DNA of 64,000 nt from Candidatus Uhrbacteria bacterium RIFOXYB12_FULL_58_10 (GTDB lineage: Bacteria; Patescibacteriota; Patescibacteriia; UBA9934; GWF2-40-263), in contig CALRBH010000005.1 in the NCBI GenBank assembly GCA_943354165.1, positions 18 to 64,017 of the forward strand, read 5' to 3'. Position numbers and translations under genes: made by a program. Every line of letters starts with the position of its first letter. Within the stretch, counting starts at the first letter, position 1. Of the stretch, positions 8,327 to 18,288 are shown piece after piece. Under the pieces are notes generated by a model that had not been told where the DNA came from, made no database searches, and was given only the letters and a program-made list of their open reading frames with translations.

Positions 8327-9422
8327 TCGATGCTTAAGCTCCTCCCGCAGGAACGCTTCCATAAACGGCTCTAGATCCCCTTCAAGCACCCCTTCCGCGT
8401 CCGACGTTTCATGCTCGGTTCGATGATCCTTCACGAGCTTGTACGGATGAAGCACGTACGAACGGATCTGATTTCCCCATTCAGCACTCTGATATTCACC
8501 ACGGAGGCGGGCGCGCTCGGCACGGCGCTCTTCTTCCTGCTTGGCGACGAGTTTGCCCATGAGAACTTTCATGGCCATCTCGCGGTTCTGTTTCTGGCTG
8601 CGTTCGTTCTGGCAGGAGACGGTGATGTTGGTTGGTAAGTGCACGATACGCACAGCGGAATAGGTTGTATTCACACTTTGTCCACCTTTTCCCCCAGCCA
8701 TGAAGGTATCGATGCGCAAATCTTTGGGATCAATGACGACCGCGGCGGATTCCTCGAGTTCAGGGATGACTTCGATGAGGGAGAACGTCGTGTGACGCAT
8801 TTTCTCGGCGTCGAACGGACTGATGCGGACCAAGCGGTGCACGCCGTGCTCGCTTTTCAGGTAGCCGTACGCGTACCGGCCGGAGACGCGGAACATGAGG
8901 CTCTTGAAGCCGACGGGTTCGCGCGCTTCTTCGAGAATTTCGATCTCAAATCCCTTCGCTTCGCAAAAGCGGGCGATCATACGGTAGAGCATGGCCGTCC
9001 AATCCTGCGCTTCCGTGCCGCCGCTGCCTGCGTGCATCGCGATGATCGCGTTGCTCACATCATGCGGACCGGAAAAGAGCGTCGCGAATTCCATCTTCGA
9101 AAATTTCGCTTCGAGTTCCTTAAGCTTGGTGGCAATGTCATCATGCATGCCGTCCTCGCCTTCTGCCTGCGCGAGTTCCGTCATGTCCTTCAGGTCATCG
9201 ACCTCCTTCAAAAAGCTTTCCCAGGTGGAAAGTTCGGTACGCATGTCCGCCGCTTCCTTCCCTAACCGCTTCGCACGTTCCTGATCCTGCCAGAAATCCG
9301 GCGCTTCCATCTTTTTCTCCAATTCCGATAACTTCGTCTTTATCGAATCCAGGTCAAAGCAACCCCCACGTGCGCACAGCGCGCTCGCGGAGGGCTTGGA
9401 TTTGGTGGAGGAGTTCTTTCAT
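8324..9422 (-). CDS. prfB: Peptide chain release factor 2 with programmed +1 ribosomal frameshift. Frame 0 is 9422..9357 and is followed by an in-frame TGA at 9356..9354. The +1 frame is 9355..8324.
   Basis: Upstream of the annotated ORF, frame 0 reads MKELLHQIQALRERAVRTWGLL and then hits TGA. The motif tgg ggg ttg CTT TGA C matches the canonical RF2 shift site (SD-like GGGGG, then CUU UGA C). After the +1 shift the frame reads DLDSIKTKLSELEKKMEAPDFW.., which aligns with RF2. The downstream SPF and GGQ motifs are present. Confidence 0.9.
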
Positions 9423-9448
9423 AGGGATCGTGTGGCGCCCTTACCACC

Positions 9449-9760
9449 TTAGAGGTTAATTTGCTTCGCAAATTTACCGAGCACGGGCAGCTCCCACATC
9501 TTTCCGTTGGCGGCGTTTACGATTCCCATGATGATCAGCATGAAGAGCAGGATGGAACCGAGGGCCCAGACGATCTGACCGAGCACCGGGATGATGTTCC
9601 CTACCCAGAGCAGGATCCAGGCGAGGAGAATGACCAGCCCTTGCTTCCCGTGGTGCTGGGCGAACTTACTGTCCTTGGCGAGCAAAAGCGGGATCAGGCA
9701 CAGGATGCCGAGATAGCCGATGGCTGCGAAAAACTTGTTGTCTTCGATCTCTTTTTCCAT
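9449..9760 (-). CDS. DUF4870-like small membrane protein
   Basis: The 103-aa protein has 3 predicted TM helices and a pattern (IGYLGILCLIPLL..KDSKFAQHHGKQGLVILL) resembling the DUF4870 family. Confidence 0.55.
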   Translation of the reverse strand: MEKEIEDNKFFAAIGYLGILCLIPLLLAKDSKFAQHHGKQGLVILLAWILLWVGNIIPVLGQIVWALGSILLFMLIIMGIVNAANGKMWELPVLGKFAKQINL

Positions 9761-9772
9761 AGTGGAGGTATT

Positions 9773-11742
<1,970 letters not shown>

Positions 11743-11748
11743 AAGATA

Positions 11749-11864
11749 GGGTTGTAAGGGTTGTAATGGACTGTTAGGGGCGAAAGGTCGCTAGGAAAGC
11801 ACGGACGGTCGGGAAAACCCCTTACCACCCTTACTGCCCTTACAGCCCTTACAGCCCTTACCGC
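11749..11864. repeat. GTAAGGG-family hairpin (G family) upstream of groES
   Basis: The forward arm gggttgtaagggttgtaatggactgttagggg is complemented by ccccttaccacccttactgcccttacagcccttacagcccttacc. Confidence 0.8.
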
Positions 11865-11884
11865 CCACGGAATGTCGCTAGATA

Positions 11885-11911
11885 TTAGCAGTCATCAGTT
11901 TAGATTGCTAG
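11885..11911. promoter_or_regulatory. CIRCE-like inverted repeat (putative HrcA operator) about 145 nt upstream of groES
   Basis: TTAGCAGTC-N9-GATTGCTAG has 3 mismatches from the consensus TTAGCACTC-N9-GAGTGCTAA. It overlaps the 3' end of the upstream ligase gene. Confidence 0.4.
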
Positions 11912-13253
11912 CGGCGATATTTTTATCGGTTTTTATTGACTTGTCAAGACAAATCCCACACACAATCGCTGCGAGGGCGAGCCCGCTCCAGAGGCTCCAG
12001 AGGTAATGATCAAACAGGGCAAGGACGATGAGGCAGGCGATCAACGAGGCGGCCATGATGCCGTCGCGCGTAAATAATCGAGGACGGAGCGAGCGCCACA
12101 GTTCCCTTCCCGCTAGGAGAAAGAAGAGGGAGGCGAGAAGACCGCCTTCGGCGAGGAACAGGAGGAAGGCGTTGTGGACTGGCTGGTAGGCGTAGGACGG
12201 GAATCCGGGGCGAAGTGCGGCGAGCTTCGAAGTGAATTGTGAGGTCCCGGTTCCAAGGATCGGACTCGACATGAACACCTCTGGAAATTGGGCGAGGGCG
12301 GCGTAGCGTTCTGCGATCGAACGTTCTTCCAGCCGCGCGGTCGGAATGGCGCGCGTAAGGACTTCCGTTCGGAAGACGATGAGAGTCAGGAGGATGGCGC
12401 AGCCGGCGATGCCGGCGACCGGAAGCGCGCGGCGTGGAAGTTCACGACGGGACCAGAGCAAGAGGATGCCGACGGTTCCGGTTCCAGCCGCCACCGCGAG
12501 CCAGGCGCTGCGGGAAAAGGTGAGGATCAGGGTCGCGGAAAAGATCGCGAGAGCTAAACGCGTCGCGGGCTGATGCCATGAACGGCAACCGCCCCTAACC
12601 CCTCCTTGGCGAAGGAGGGGAATCGCGCTTAGTTCCCAAATGCAAAGCAGGATACCAACTGCCAAATAGCCACCAAACACGTTTGGATGCGGGAATGAAC
12701 CATACGCACGCAGCGTGCGGATGCCTCCGGCGGATTCCACGACGGATGCGCCGAGTTCTGGCGCGTTGTGCGCGGAAAGGCCGAGCCAATGACTGGCGGG
12801 ACTATCGCCCATGAAGGTCTGAATTATCCCGAAGAGACTCACGGGCACGAGTCCGGCAATGAAGGCGTGGCGTGCCATCGAGACATCGGTTCGCTCATCG
12901 GTGATGAGGAGAGCGAGTGCCGCGGCCGCAGCAACATGGAAGAGATGCGAGAGGGCGAGGAGCGGATCTGCGCTCACGAATGAACTCGCGAGCAGGGCAA
13001 GAGCACAGAGTTTTGCCCAGCGGAAAAGTAGTTGGTAGGTGGTAGTTGGTAGTTGGGGTTTTCCGCGTGCAACAAGAAGAGCGAGTGCGAGGAGTTCGGT
13101 TGCGTACAACAGGGTTTTTCCGTACTCCCATCCCCCGCCATCAAGCGTTCTCTCCATCACGATCCACACCATCTGCCACGGCAACAGGAAAAGCAGCGCG
13201 TACAGGCCGTTGGTTACGAGGCGATCTTTGTTCATACGCCGTGAATTCGACAT
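11895..13253 (-). CDS. O-antigen ligase / O-antigen polymerase family membrane protein (Wzy_C domain)
   Basis: It is a multi-TM protein with the motif TFSRSAWLAVAAG characteristic of the WaaL/Wzy_C family. It contains an in-frame P-family hairpin at 12599..12620 encoding PLLRQGG. Confidence 0.7.
   Translation of the reverse strand: MSNSRRMNKDRLVTNGLYALLFLLPWQMVWIVMERTLDGGGWEYGKTLLYATELLALALLVARGKPQLPTTTYQLLFRWAKLCALALLASSFVSADPLLALSHLFHVAAAAALALLITDERTDVSMARHAFIAGLVPVSLFGIIQTFMGDSPASHWLGLSAHNAPELGASVVESAGGIRTLRAYGSFPHPNVFGGYLAVGILLCIWELSAIPLLRQGGVRGGCRSWHQPATRLALAIFSATLILTFSRSAWLAVAAGTGTVGILLLWSRRELPRRALPVAGIAGCAILLTLIVFRTEVLTRAIPTARLEERSIAERYAALAQFPEVFMSSPILGTGTSQFTSKLAALRPGFPSYAYQPVHNAFLLFLAEGGLLASLFFLLAGRELWRSLRPRLFTRDGIMAASLIACLIVLALFDHYLWSLWSGLALAAIVCGICLDKSIKTDKNIAASNLN
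12599..12620. repeat. P-family hairpin (cccctccttggcgaaggagggg) in-frame within the O-antigen ligase CDS
   Basis: A perfect 9-bp stem with a 4-nt loop. It is the same core as at 7438 and 25231. Confidence 0.75.
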
Positions 13254-14131
13254 TCCTCAAGCCATTGATCCCTATATTCCTCTCGACGATCCTGGTCGTG
13301 GAACTTTAGGTACTCCTCATTCGCGATCACGCGGCTGTCCTTGTTGAGGAGGTCGCGTATGGGTTGTGGGAAGCGACGTTCTTGGAGCTTGCGTGCCCAG
13401 GTTTCAGGAATGAATTTGGGAAACTTCCAGACGGGAACCCCTGCCGAAACAGTCGGATGCAGTGCCCGTCCCGCTGCCTGCGGAATGAAGCGATTCGTCC
13501 ACACGTTAAGCTTATGGAACCTCTCAAATACGCCACCCGCGTCATATACAGGGACAAGTGAACGCGCCCATACCGCCAGATACGGATCACCGCCTGGAAT
13601 CGAAAGACGTTCCAGGTTGAGCGCGTCCTCGCTTGCGAAAAAACTGAAACAGAACGGGTCGCGCGTCTTCACTCCTGGCCGCTCGCGCGTCAAAATGAAC
13701 GGCGCAACGCAGAGCAGACGTGACGACCACAGCTGACCCGGCTTCGTGATGACAAAAAGGTCGATGTCGGAACTTTCGCGCGTGTGCGAAAACGCGAGCG
13801 TGTTCCCCGCCGCGATGCCAATGACTCCGGGAACGCGTTTGAGATATTGAACGGCCCTGTGAACGCGCGCGAACTTTCGAATTGCGTCGTGCGTCCGCTC
13901 ATCACGTACCTGAGCGAGCCCCGAGGTTCCCTTTCGTCCGATGTAGGCGCCTTCCTGCACGCATTCTGCCCGTAAGACCATCGACGTCTCCAGGGTGCGA
14001 TCGATTTCTCCACGCGACGTCTCCTCCCCGTTCTGAAACATCCATGTATAGAGCTCATCGCGCGTCAGCGGATAGTCGAAGAGCGCGTACCACGAGACCG
14101 TCCGGAAGATGGCGCTCTCCGTGCGGTTCAT
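13232..14131 (-). CDS. Hypothetical protein with a nucleotidyltransferase-fold-like motif (GIAAGNTLAFSHTRESSDIDLFVI)
   Basis: The 299-aa ORF has a G[SN]-x(9-13)-D-x-D pattern resembling Pol-beta-like nucleotidyltransferases. It overlaps the upstream gene by 22 nt. Confidence 0.4.
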   Translation of the reverse strand: MNRTESAIFRTVSWYALFDYPLTRDELYTWMFQNGEETSRGEIDRTLETSMVLRAECVQEGAYIGRKGTSGLAQVRDERTHDAIRKFARVHRAVQYLKRVPGVIGIAAGNTLAFSHTRESSDIDLFVITKPGQLWSSRLLCVAPFILTRERPGVKTRDPFCFSFFASEDALNLERLSIPGGDPYLAVWARSLVPVYDAGGVFERFHKLNVWTNRFIPQAAGRALHPTVSAGVPVWKFPKFIPETWARKLQERRFPQPIRDLLNKDSRVIANEEYLKFHDQDRREEYRDQWLEECRIHGV

Positions 14132-14140
14132 AAGGAAGGT

Positions 14141-14881
14141 TTAAGCTGGAGGAAGGGCTGGAACTCCGACAGGCTTTCGGAACACGATCCACTGCTGGAG
14201 GATGGACATGGCGGTGATGACGACCCAGTACAACGCCAGACCGGCGGGCAGTGTGGCCCCGATGAAAATGGTCATGAGCGGCATGGTGTACATCATGGAC
14301 TTGTTCATGGTCGCGAGCATGTCCTCGTCCTTTGCCCCTGGCGTTCCCTGCACCTGCTTGGGTGGTCGCTTTGCCATCAGCATCTTCGTCTGCACAAACT
14401 GAAGGGCTCCGGCGAGCAAGGCGAGAGGGAGAGATTTCTGGGTCAGGTTGAGGAATCCAAGGAACAGCTCATGGATTTCTGTCGGGTGTTTTACGAACGA
14501 GTACAGCGCGGAAAAACTCTCCGTAGAGAGCCCCGCCTGAAGCACAGAATAGAGAGCGATAATAATCGGGAGCTGGATGAGGAGCGGTAAGCAGGAAGAA
14601 AGAGGGTTCACTTTCTCCTTCTTGTAGAGTTCCATCATGGCCTTTCCGAGCGCTTCCTTGTCGTCCTTATGCTCCTTTTTCAAATCTTCAAGCTTTGGCT
14701 GAAGGTCCTGAAGGGCCTTCTGCGACACGAGCGAGGAGTGGTTGAGCGGCCACATGACGAGCTTCACGAGGATCGTGAGCGCGATGATGGCAAACCCCAT
14801 ATCCGCACCGGGCAGCGTGTTATACAACCAAATCAACAGGTTATAGAGCGGCTGATAAAGGACGGTATGGAACAAAGACAT
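14141..14881 (-). CDS. yidC: Membrane protein insertase YidC/Oxa1 (short form)
   Basis: The 246-aa protein has conserved YidC core helices (FAIIALTILVKLVMWPL.., LYWVVITAMSILQQW). Confidence 0.85.
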   Translation of the reverse strand: MSLFHTVLYQPLYNLLIWLYNTLPGADMGFAIIALTILVKLVMWPLNHSSLVSQKALQDLQPKLEDLKKEHKDDKEALGKAMMELYKKEKVNPLSSCLPLLIQLPIIIALYSVLQAGLSTESFSALYSFVKHPTEIHELFLGFLNLTQKSLPLALLAGALQFVQTKMLMAKRPPKQVQGTPGAKDEDMLATMNKSMMYTMPLMTIFIGATLPAGLALYWVVITAMSILQQWIVFRKPVGVPALPPA

Positions 14882-14884
14882 AGG

Positions 14885-16174
14885 TTACGTGGTCTCAGGG
14901 GTAGAAGGTGTTGAATCGCTCGGCTGCGCCTCGCTTGTAGAAGTTGTAGAAAGTGGAGTCGTTTCTACATTTTCTACACCTTCTACACTTTCTACAATCT
15001 GGTCCGGCTTCCCTTCCTCAGCAATATTGATCTTCCAACCAGAGAGCTTGGCAGCGAGGCGGACGTTTTGACCTCCGCGTCCAATGGCGAGCGAGAGCTG
15101 ATCGGCATTCACCTTCACGGAAGCGGAACGATCGGATTCTTGCACACTCACGGCCAGGACTTTTGCTGGAGCAAGAGCATTGGCAATAAACTTCTCTGGA
15201 ATGTCGTTCCATTCGATGATATCCACCTTTTCTCCACCCAACTCTGCAATGATGGTCTGAATGCGGGTTCCGCGCTGACCAATACAAGCACCGATTGGAT
15301 CAATGGAATCATCCTTCGCAGACACGGACACCTTGGAGCGTGATCCTGCTTCGCGAGCGAGAGCTTTGATCTCCACGGTTCCTTCGGACACTTCTGGAAT
15401 TTCCATTTCAAAGAGCTTGCGGACTACTTCCTCAGAGGCGCGGGAGAGGAGAATTTCCGGACCACGCGTGGTGAGGGCAACCTGGCGGACGTACACCTTG
15501 ATGCGGTCGCCGGTGGCGTAACGCTCCGTTGGAATCTGGTCCTCCGGGCGAATGATGCCGGTGGTGCGGCCAATGTCGACAAGAACCACGCGACCCTCGC
15601 GGCGCTGCACAGTGCCGTTGAGCATCTTGCCCTCATGTTCCTTGAACTCGTTGAACACGATTTCGCGTTCGGCCTCGCGCAGCTTCTGCATGATGACCTG
15701 TTTGGCGGTCATTGCCGCCATGCGTCCGAATTCGCCTTCCATCGGCATTTCTGTGCGGAGCACGTCGCCGATGCTTGCAGACATCTTAAGCACGCTCGCC
15801 GCAGAAAGCATGAGCTCCGTCTTTGGATTGAAGGATGGAAGATCGTCTTCGTCGATCGTTACGGACGTAACGCTTTCCCCGCGATCACGGGCCTGTTTGA
15901 TTTCGTTTGCGAGCTTCTCCACGCGTGCTTTGCGCTCCAGGTCCGCCGCCTCAAGCGCTTCCGGAGTAATGTCGGCAACGACCATCTTTACATCAAACAC
16001 ACGGGTGGCGCCCGTTTCCGGATCGAACTCCACTTCAATGTTCATGTTCTTATCGCCGAAGTCCTTACGGTAGGCGGCGGCGAGGGCGGCTTCGATGGCG
16101 GAAAGGACTGCTTCATATGCGAGCCCTTTTTCCTCGCAAATCTGACGAATAGCTTGTTCAATGGGTGATGACAT
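14885..16174 (-). CDS. nusA: Transcription termination/antitermination factor NusA, with a low-complexity Val/Glu/Thr/Ser-rich C-terminal tail
   Basis: The N-terminal domain, S1 domain and two KH domains (GACIGQRGTRIQ, IGRGGQNVRLAAKLSGW) are recognisable. The C-terminal tail is encoded by TTCTACA/TGTAGAA repeats at 14935..14997. Confidence 0.92.
   Translation of the reverse strand: MSSPIEQAIRQICEEKGLAYEAVLSAIEAALAAAYRKDFGDKNMNIEVEFDPETGATRVFDVKMVVADITPEALEAADLERKARVEKLANEIKQARDRGESVTSVTIDEDDLPSFNPKTELMLSAASVLKMSASIGDVLRTEMPMEGEFGRMAAMTAKQVIMQKLREAEREIVFNEFKEHEGKMLNGTVQRREGRVVLVDIGRTTGIIRPEDQIPTERYATGDRIKVYVRQVALTTRGPEILLSRASEEVVRKLFEMEIPEVSEGTVEIKALAREAGSRSKVSVSAKDDSIDPIGACIGQRGTRIQTIIAELGGEKVDIIEWNDIPEKFIANALAPAKVLAVSVQESDRSASVKVNADQLSLAIGRGGQNVRLAAKLSGWKINIAEEGKPDQIVESVEGVENVETTPLSTTSTSEAQPSDSTPSTPETT
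14935..14997. repeat. TTCTACA heptamer tandem and inverted repeats inside the nusA 3' coding end
   Basis: TGTAGAA x2 is followed by TTCTACA x4. The segment is hairpin-capable and encodes VESVEGVENVETT. Confidence 0.65.
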
Positions 16175-16243
16175 ATCAAGAAAAAACGTCTTGGTAAAAA
16201 TCGAACCCGTCGTTGTCGACAGGTCCAGTACCCACCGAGACTA

Positions 16244-16615
16244 TCACCTTCCATACGGCCCGTCAACGGCCGGAAAGTGAACAATGCTGGGCTCTTCACC
16301 CGGTTTCATAGAGATGGAAACTACGTCGATGCGATAGGAACGACCCTCCCAGCTCCGTTCAATAATGTAGGCCTCCGCGCAAGACACCATATGTCGCCAT
16401 TTCTGCCGCGTGATGGATTCCTCCGGATAGCCATACTCATCCCCCGCCCGTGTTTTTACCTCCACAAAAACGACCTCGCCCTGCAGATCGCAGACGAGGT
16501 CGATTTCTCCAAAATGAGTCCGTGCCTGGCGCGCGAGAACTTTCATCCCTTTGCGTACAAGATACTCCGCCGCAATTTCCTCCCCACGATTACCGAATTC
16601 CCTCCTCGATTCCAT
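16244..16615 (-). CDS. YraN family (UPF0102) endonuclease
   Basis: EEIAAEYLVRKGMKVLARQART.FGEIDLVC..VVFVEVKTR matches the YraN signature. The start is taken at the internal Met (MESRREF); the ORF extends to 16657. Confidence 0.7.
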   Translation of the reverse strand: MESRREFGNRGEEIAAEYLVRKGMKVLARQARTHFGEIDLVCDLQGEVVFVEVKTRAGDEYGYPEESITRQKWRHMVSCAEAYIIERSWEGRSYRIDVVSISMKPGEEPSIVHFPAVDGPYGR

Positions 16616-16622
16616 AATGCGG

Positions 16623-17027
16623 TTACGATCGTCCAGGAAGATACTTGTTCCGTTCACGGTCCAATCGTTCCTGTTCCCTGATTTCCGGAAGACGCTTTTT
16701 CAAAAATACGACGATGCGCACCGCCCAAACGATGGCGAGGATGAAAAGGGCCGCGTACCAGAACCGGTTGCCGAAGAACGGCACGTTCTCATAGCTCATG
16801 AACGCAAGGATGGTTCCGAGGAGTCCAACCGTTACGCACAGGCTGCCCACGCGGGAAAACATCCGTCCGATGTGGCGGTCCGTCTTCTTGCGGGCGTTTA
16901 CGATGCGGATGACGATGCCGAGGAAAAACAGTCCGAGGGTGAGCGCGAACACGACGCGGCCAGCGCCTGAGGTGACGTCCGGAATGGAGGTCCAGAAATT
17001 ATAGGAAATCAGCGAGGAAAAATTCAT
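16623..17027 (-). CDS. Hypothetical membrane protein (3-4 TM)
   Basis: The 134-144 aa hydrophobic ORF sits between yraN and a small membrane protein gene. No family is recognised. Confidence 0.45.
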   Translation of the reverse strand: MNFSSLISYNFWTSIPDVTSGAGRVVFALTLGLFFLGIVIRIVNARKKTDRHIGRMFSRVGSLCVTVGLLGTILAFMSYENVPFFGNRFWYAALFILAIVWAVRIVVFLKKRLPEIREQERLDRERNKYLPGRS

Positions 17028-17034
17028 AATGAGA

Positions 17035-17283
17035 TTATCGAACAAAAATTCCAGCAAAACCGTTCAGGATATCCGAGACAATGTTGGTCGCGATGAACAT
17101 GCCGATGAACGCGATGATAAGGCCAACGATCTTATACAGGAACCTGGATTGGCCAACGCCGAGCTTTTCCTCCGCCCAGTCATTGGTGCCAAACCATTCA
17201 AACACGGTCTCCGTCTTCCAGACAATCAGGAAGCCGACGACCATGACGACAAGACCTAACGGGATGCGCAACAGTGGGGACAT
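17035..17283 (-). CDS. Hypothetical small membrane protein (2 TM)
   Basis: An 82-85 aa ORF with two hydrophobic helices, immediately downstream of tRNA-Val on the same strand. Confidence 0.4.
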   Translation of the reverse strand: MSPLLRIPLGLVVMVVGFLIVWKTETVFEWFGTNDWAEEKLGVGQSRFLYKIVGLIIAFIGMFIATNIVSDILNGFAGIFVR

Positions 17284-17298
17284 ATTGTTCAAAACTTG

Positions 17299-17375
17299 TG
17301 GTGGACGCTGGGGGATTCGAACCCTCGACCTACTCGGTGTAAACGAGCCGCTCTAACCAGCTGAGCTAAGCGTCC
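17299..17375 (-). tRNA. tRNA-Val (anticodon TAC), CCA encoded
   Basis: The reverse complement GGACGCTTAGCTCAGCTGGTTAGAGCGGCTCGTTTACACCGAGTAGGTCGAGGGTTCGAATCCCCCAGCGTCCACCA forms a cloverleaf with a 7-bp acceptor stem, the anticodon loop TTTACAC and a TTCGAAT T-loop. There is one A:C mismatch in the T-stem. Confidence 0.9.
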
Positions 17376-17630
17376 ATAATTTTCAACTAACCAGGTCCGA
17401 CGCCCTGATGGGGTACGGACCCCCGACCGCATCAGCGCGTCGGGGCTGAGCTAAGCGTCCATAATTTTCAACTAACCAGGTCCGACGCCCTGATGGGGTA
17501 CGGACCCCCGACCGCATCAGCGCGTCGGGGCTGAGCTAAGCGTCCATAATTTTCAACTAACCAGGTCCGACGCCCTGATGGGGTACGGACCCCCGACCGC
17601 ATCAGCGCGTCGGGGCTGAGCTAAGCGTCC
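17376..17630. repeat. Three perfect tandem 85-bp units immediately 5' of tRNA-Val(TAC). In tRNA orientation each unit is the tRNA 5' 15 nt (GGACGCTTAGCTCAG), then a 51-nt GC-rich hairpin insert, then TGGTTAG and 11 nt.
   Basis: The period is 85 (units start at 17376, 17461 and 17546), and every unit ends with gctgagctaagcgtcc, identical to tRNA positions 1-16. The insert has inverted repeats (CCGACGC/GCGTCGG and CTGATG/CATCAG). A related single element lies 5' of tRNA-Ile at 34528..34620. Confidence 0.9.
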
Positions 17631-17640
17631 ATAATTGCTA

Positions 17641-17669
17641 TTGACCATGCCTTCCGCAGAGAGTATCTT
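17641..17669 (+). promoter_or_regulatory. Sigma70-like promoter for the 17737 ORF
   Basis: TTGACC, a 17-nt spacer and TATCTT, followed by the RBS AAAGGAGA 6 nt before the GTG start at 17737. Confidence 0.45.
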
Positions 17670-17736
17670 AATGCTCGCGTCTCATCAAGCCTGCCCGCCG
17701 GTAGGCAGGAGTGCGTAACCCTAAAGGAGAGTTTCC

Positions 17737-18048
17737 GTGCAGCAGCCCCAACCGCAGACCGCCACCGTTCCTTCCGTCCCCCCGACCGTCGTTGGTCCCA
17801 AGACGCCGCCCATCGACCCGTCGAACATCACCCCCGAGCAGATCATCTTGGCGATCTCCCGAGATCCAAAGATGTTCTCGCAGCTGTGCACGGAGTTCAG
17901 GACCGACAAAGACCCCGTGTACCGTGAACGGCTCCGTCACACCGCCACCGCGCTCATGAAAAACAAGAAGATCAGCTGGAACGACGAGACAGGGCTCATC
18001 GGCCTCACGCGTGCCGTGACCGTGCGCAAAGCGGTCGCCGCCGCCTGA
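17737..18048 (+). CDS. Hypothetical small protein with a Pro-rich N-terminus
   Basis: The 103-aa ORF has its own promoter, RBS and a downstream terminator hairpin. No family is recognised. Confidence 0.5.
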   Translation: MQQPQPQTATVPSVPPTVVGPKTPPIDPSNITPEQIILAISRDPKMFSQLCTEFRTDKDPVYRERLRHTATALMKNKKISWNDETGLIGLTRAVTVRKAVAAA

Positions 18049-18088
18049 TGATCGCGTCCCGCTCCCGCCACGAGGCCCACGTTCTTAT

Positions 18089-18118
18089 GACCTACCCCAT
18101 GCGGTAGGTCTTCTTCTT
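18089..18118 (+). terminator. Rho-independent terminator
   Basis: The hairpin gacctacc-ccatgc-ggtaggtc is followed by ttcttctt. Confidence 0.6.
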
Positions 18119-18145
18119 GCCAAACTCACCCCCTGTGACTATACT
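18117..18145 (+). promoter_or_regulatory. Sigma70-like promoter for tRNA-Leu(GAG)
   Basis: TTGCCA, a 17-nt spacer and TATACT, about 18 nt upstream of the tRNA 5' end. Confidence 0.5.
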
Positions 18146-18163
18146 GCGCGCGCGATTCAATTC

Positions 18164-18250
18164 GCGGACGTGGCGGAATTGGTATACGCACTAGCTTGAG
18201 GGGCTAGCGCTCGCAAGGGCTTGAGGGTTCGAGTCCCTCCGTCCGCACCA
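18164..18250 (+). tRNA. tRNA-Leu (anticodon GAG), class II with long variable arm, CCA encoded
   Basis: GCGGACGTGGCGGAATTGGTATACGCACTAGCTTGAGGGGCTAGCGCTCGCAAGGGCTTGAGGGTTCGAGTCCCTCCGTCCGCACCA; the anticodon loop is TTGAGGG. Confidence 0.9.
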
Positions 18251-18251
18251 C

Positions 18252-18288
18252 AAAACGCTCCACCGTAAGGTAGAGCGTTTTGTCTTTC
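18252..18288 (+). terminator. Rho-independent terminator after tRNA-Leu
   Basis: The hairpin aaaacgctc..gagcgtttt is followed by gtctttcc. Confidence 0.7.

Noticed and set aside
17376-17630. Possibility that the 85-bp tandem units are a CRISPR array
   Set aside because: The units are identical throughout with no unique spacers, each contains a tRNA fragment, and there are no cas genes in the window.
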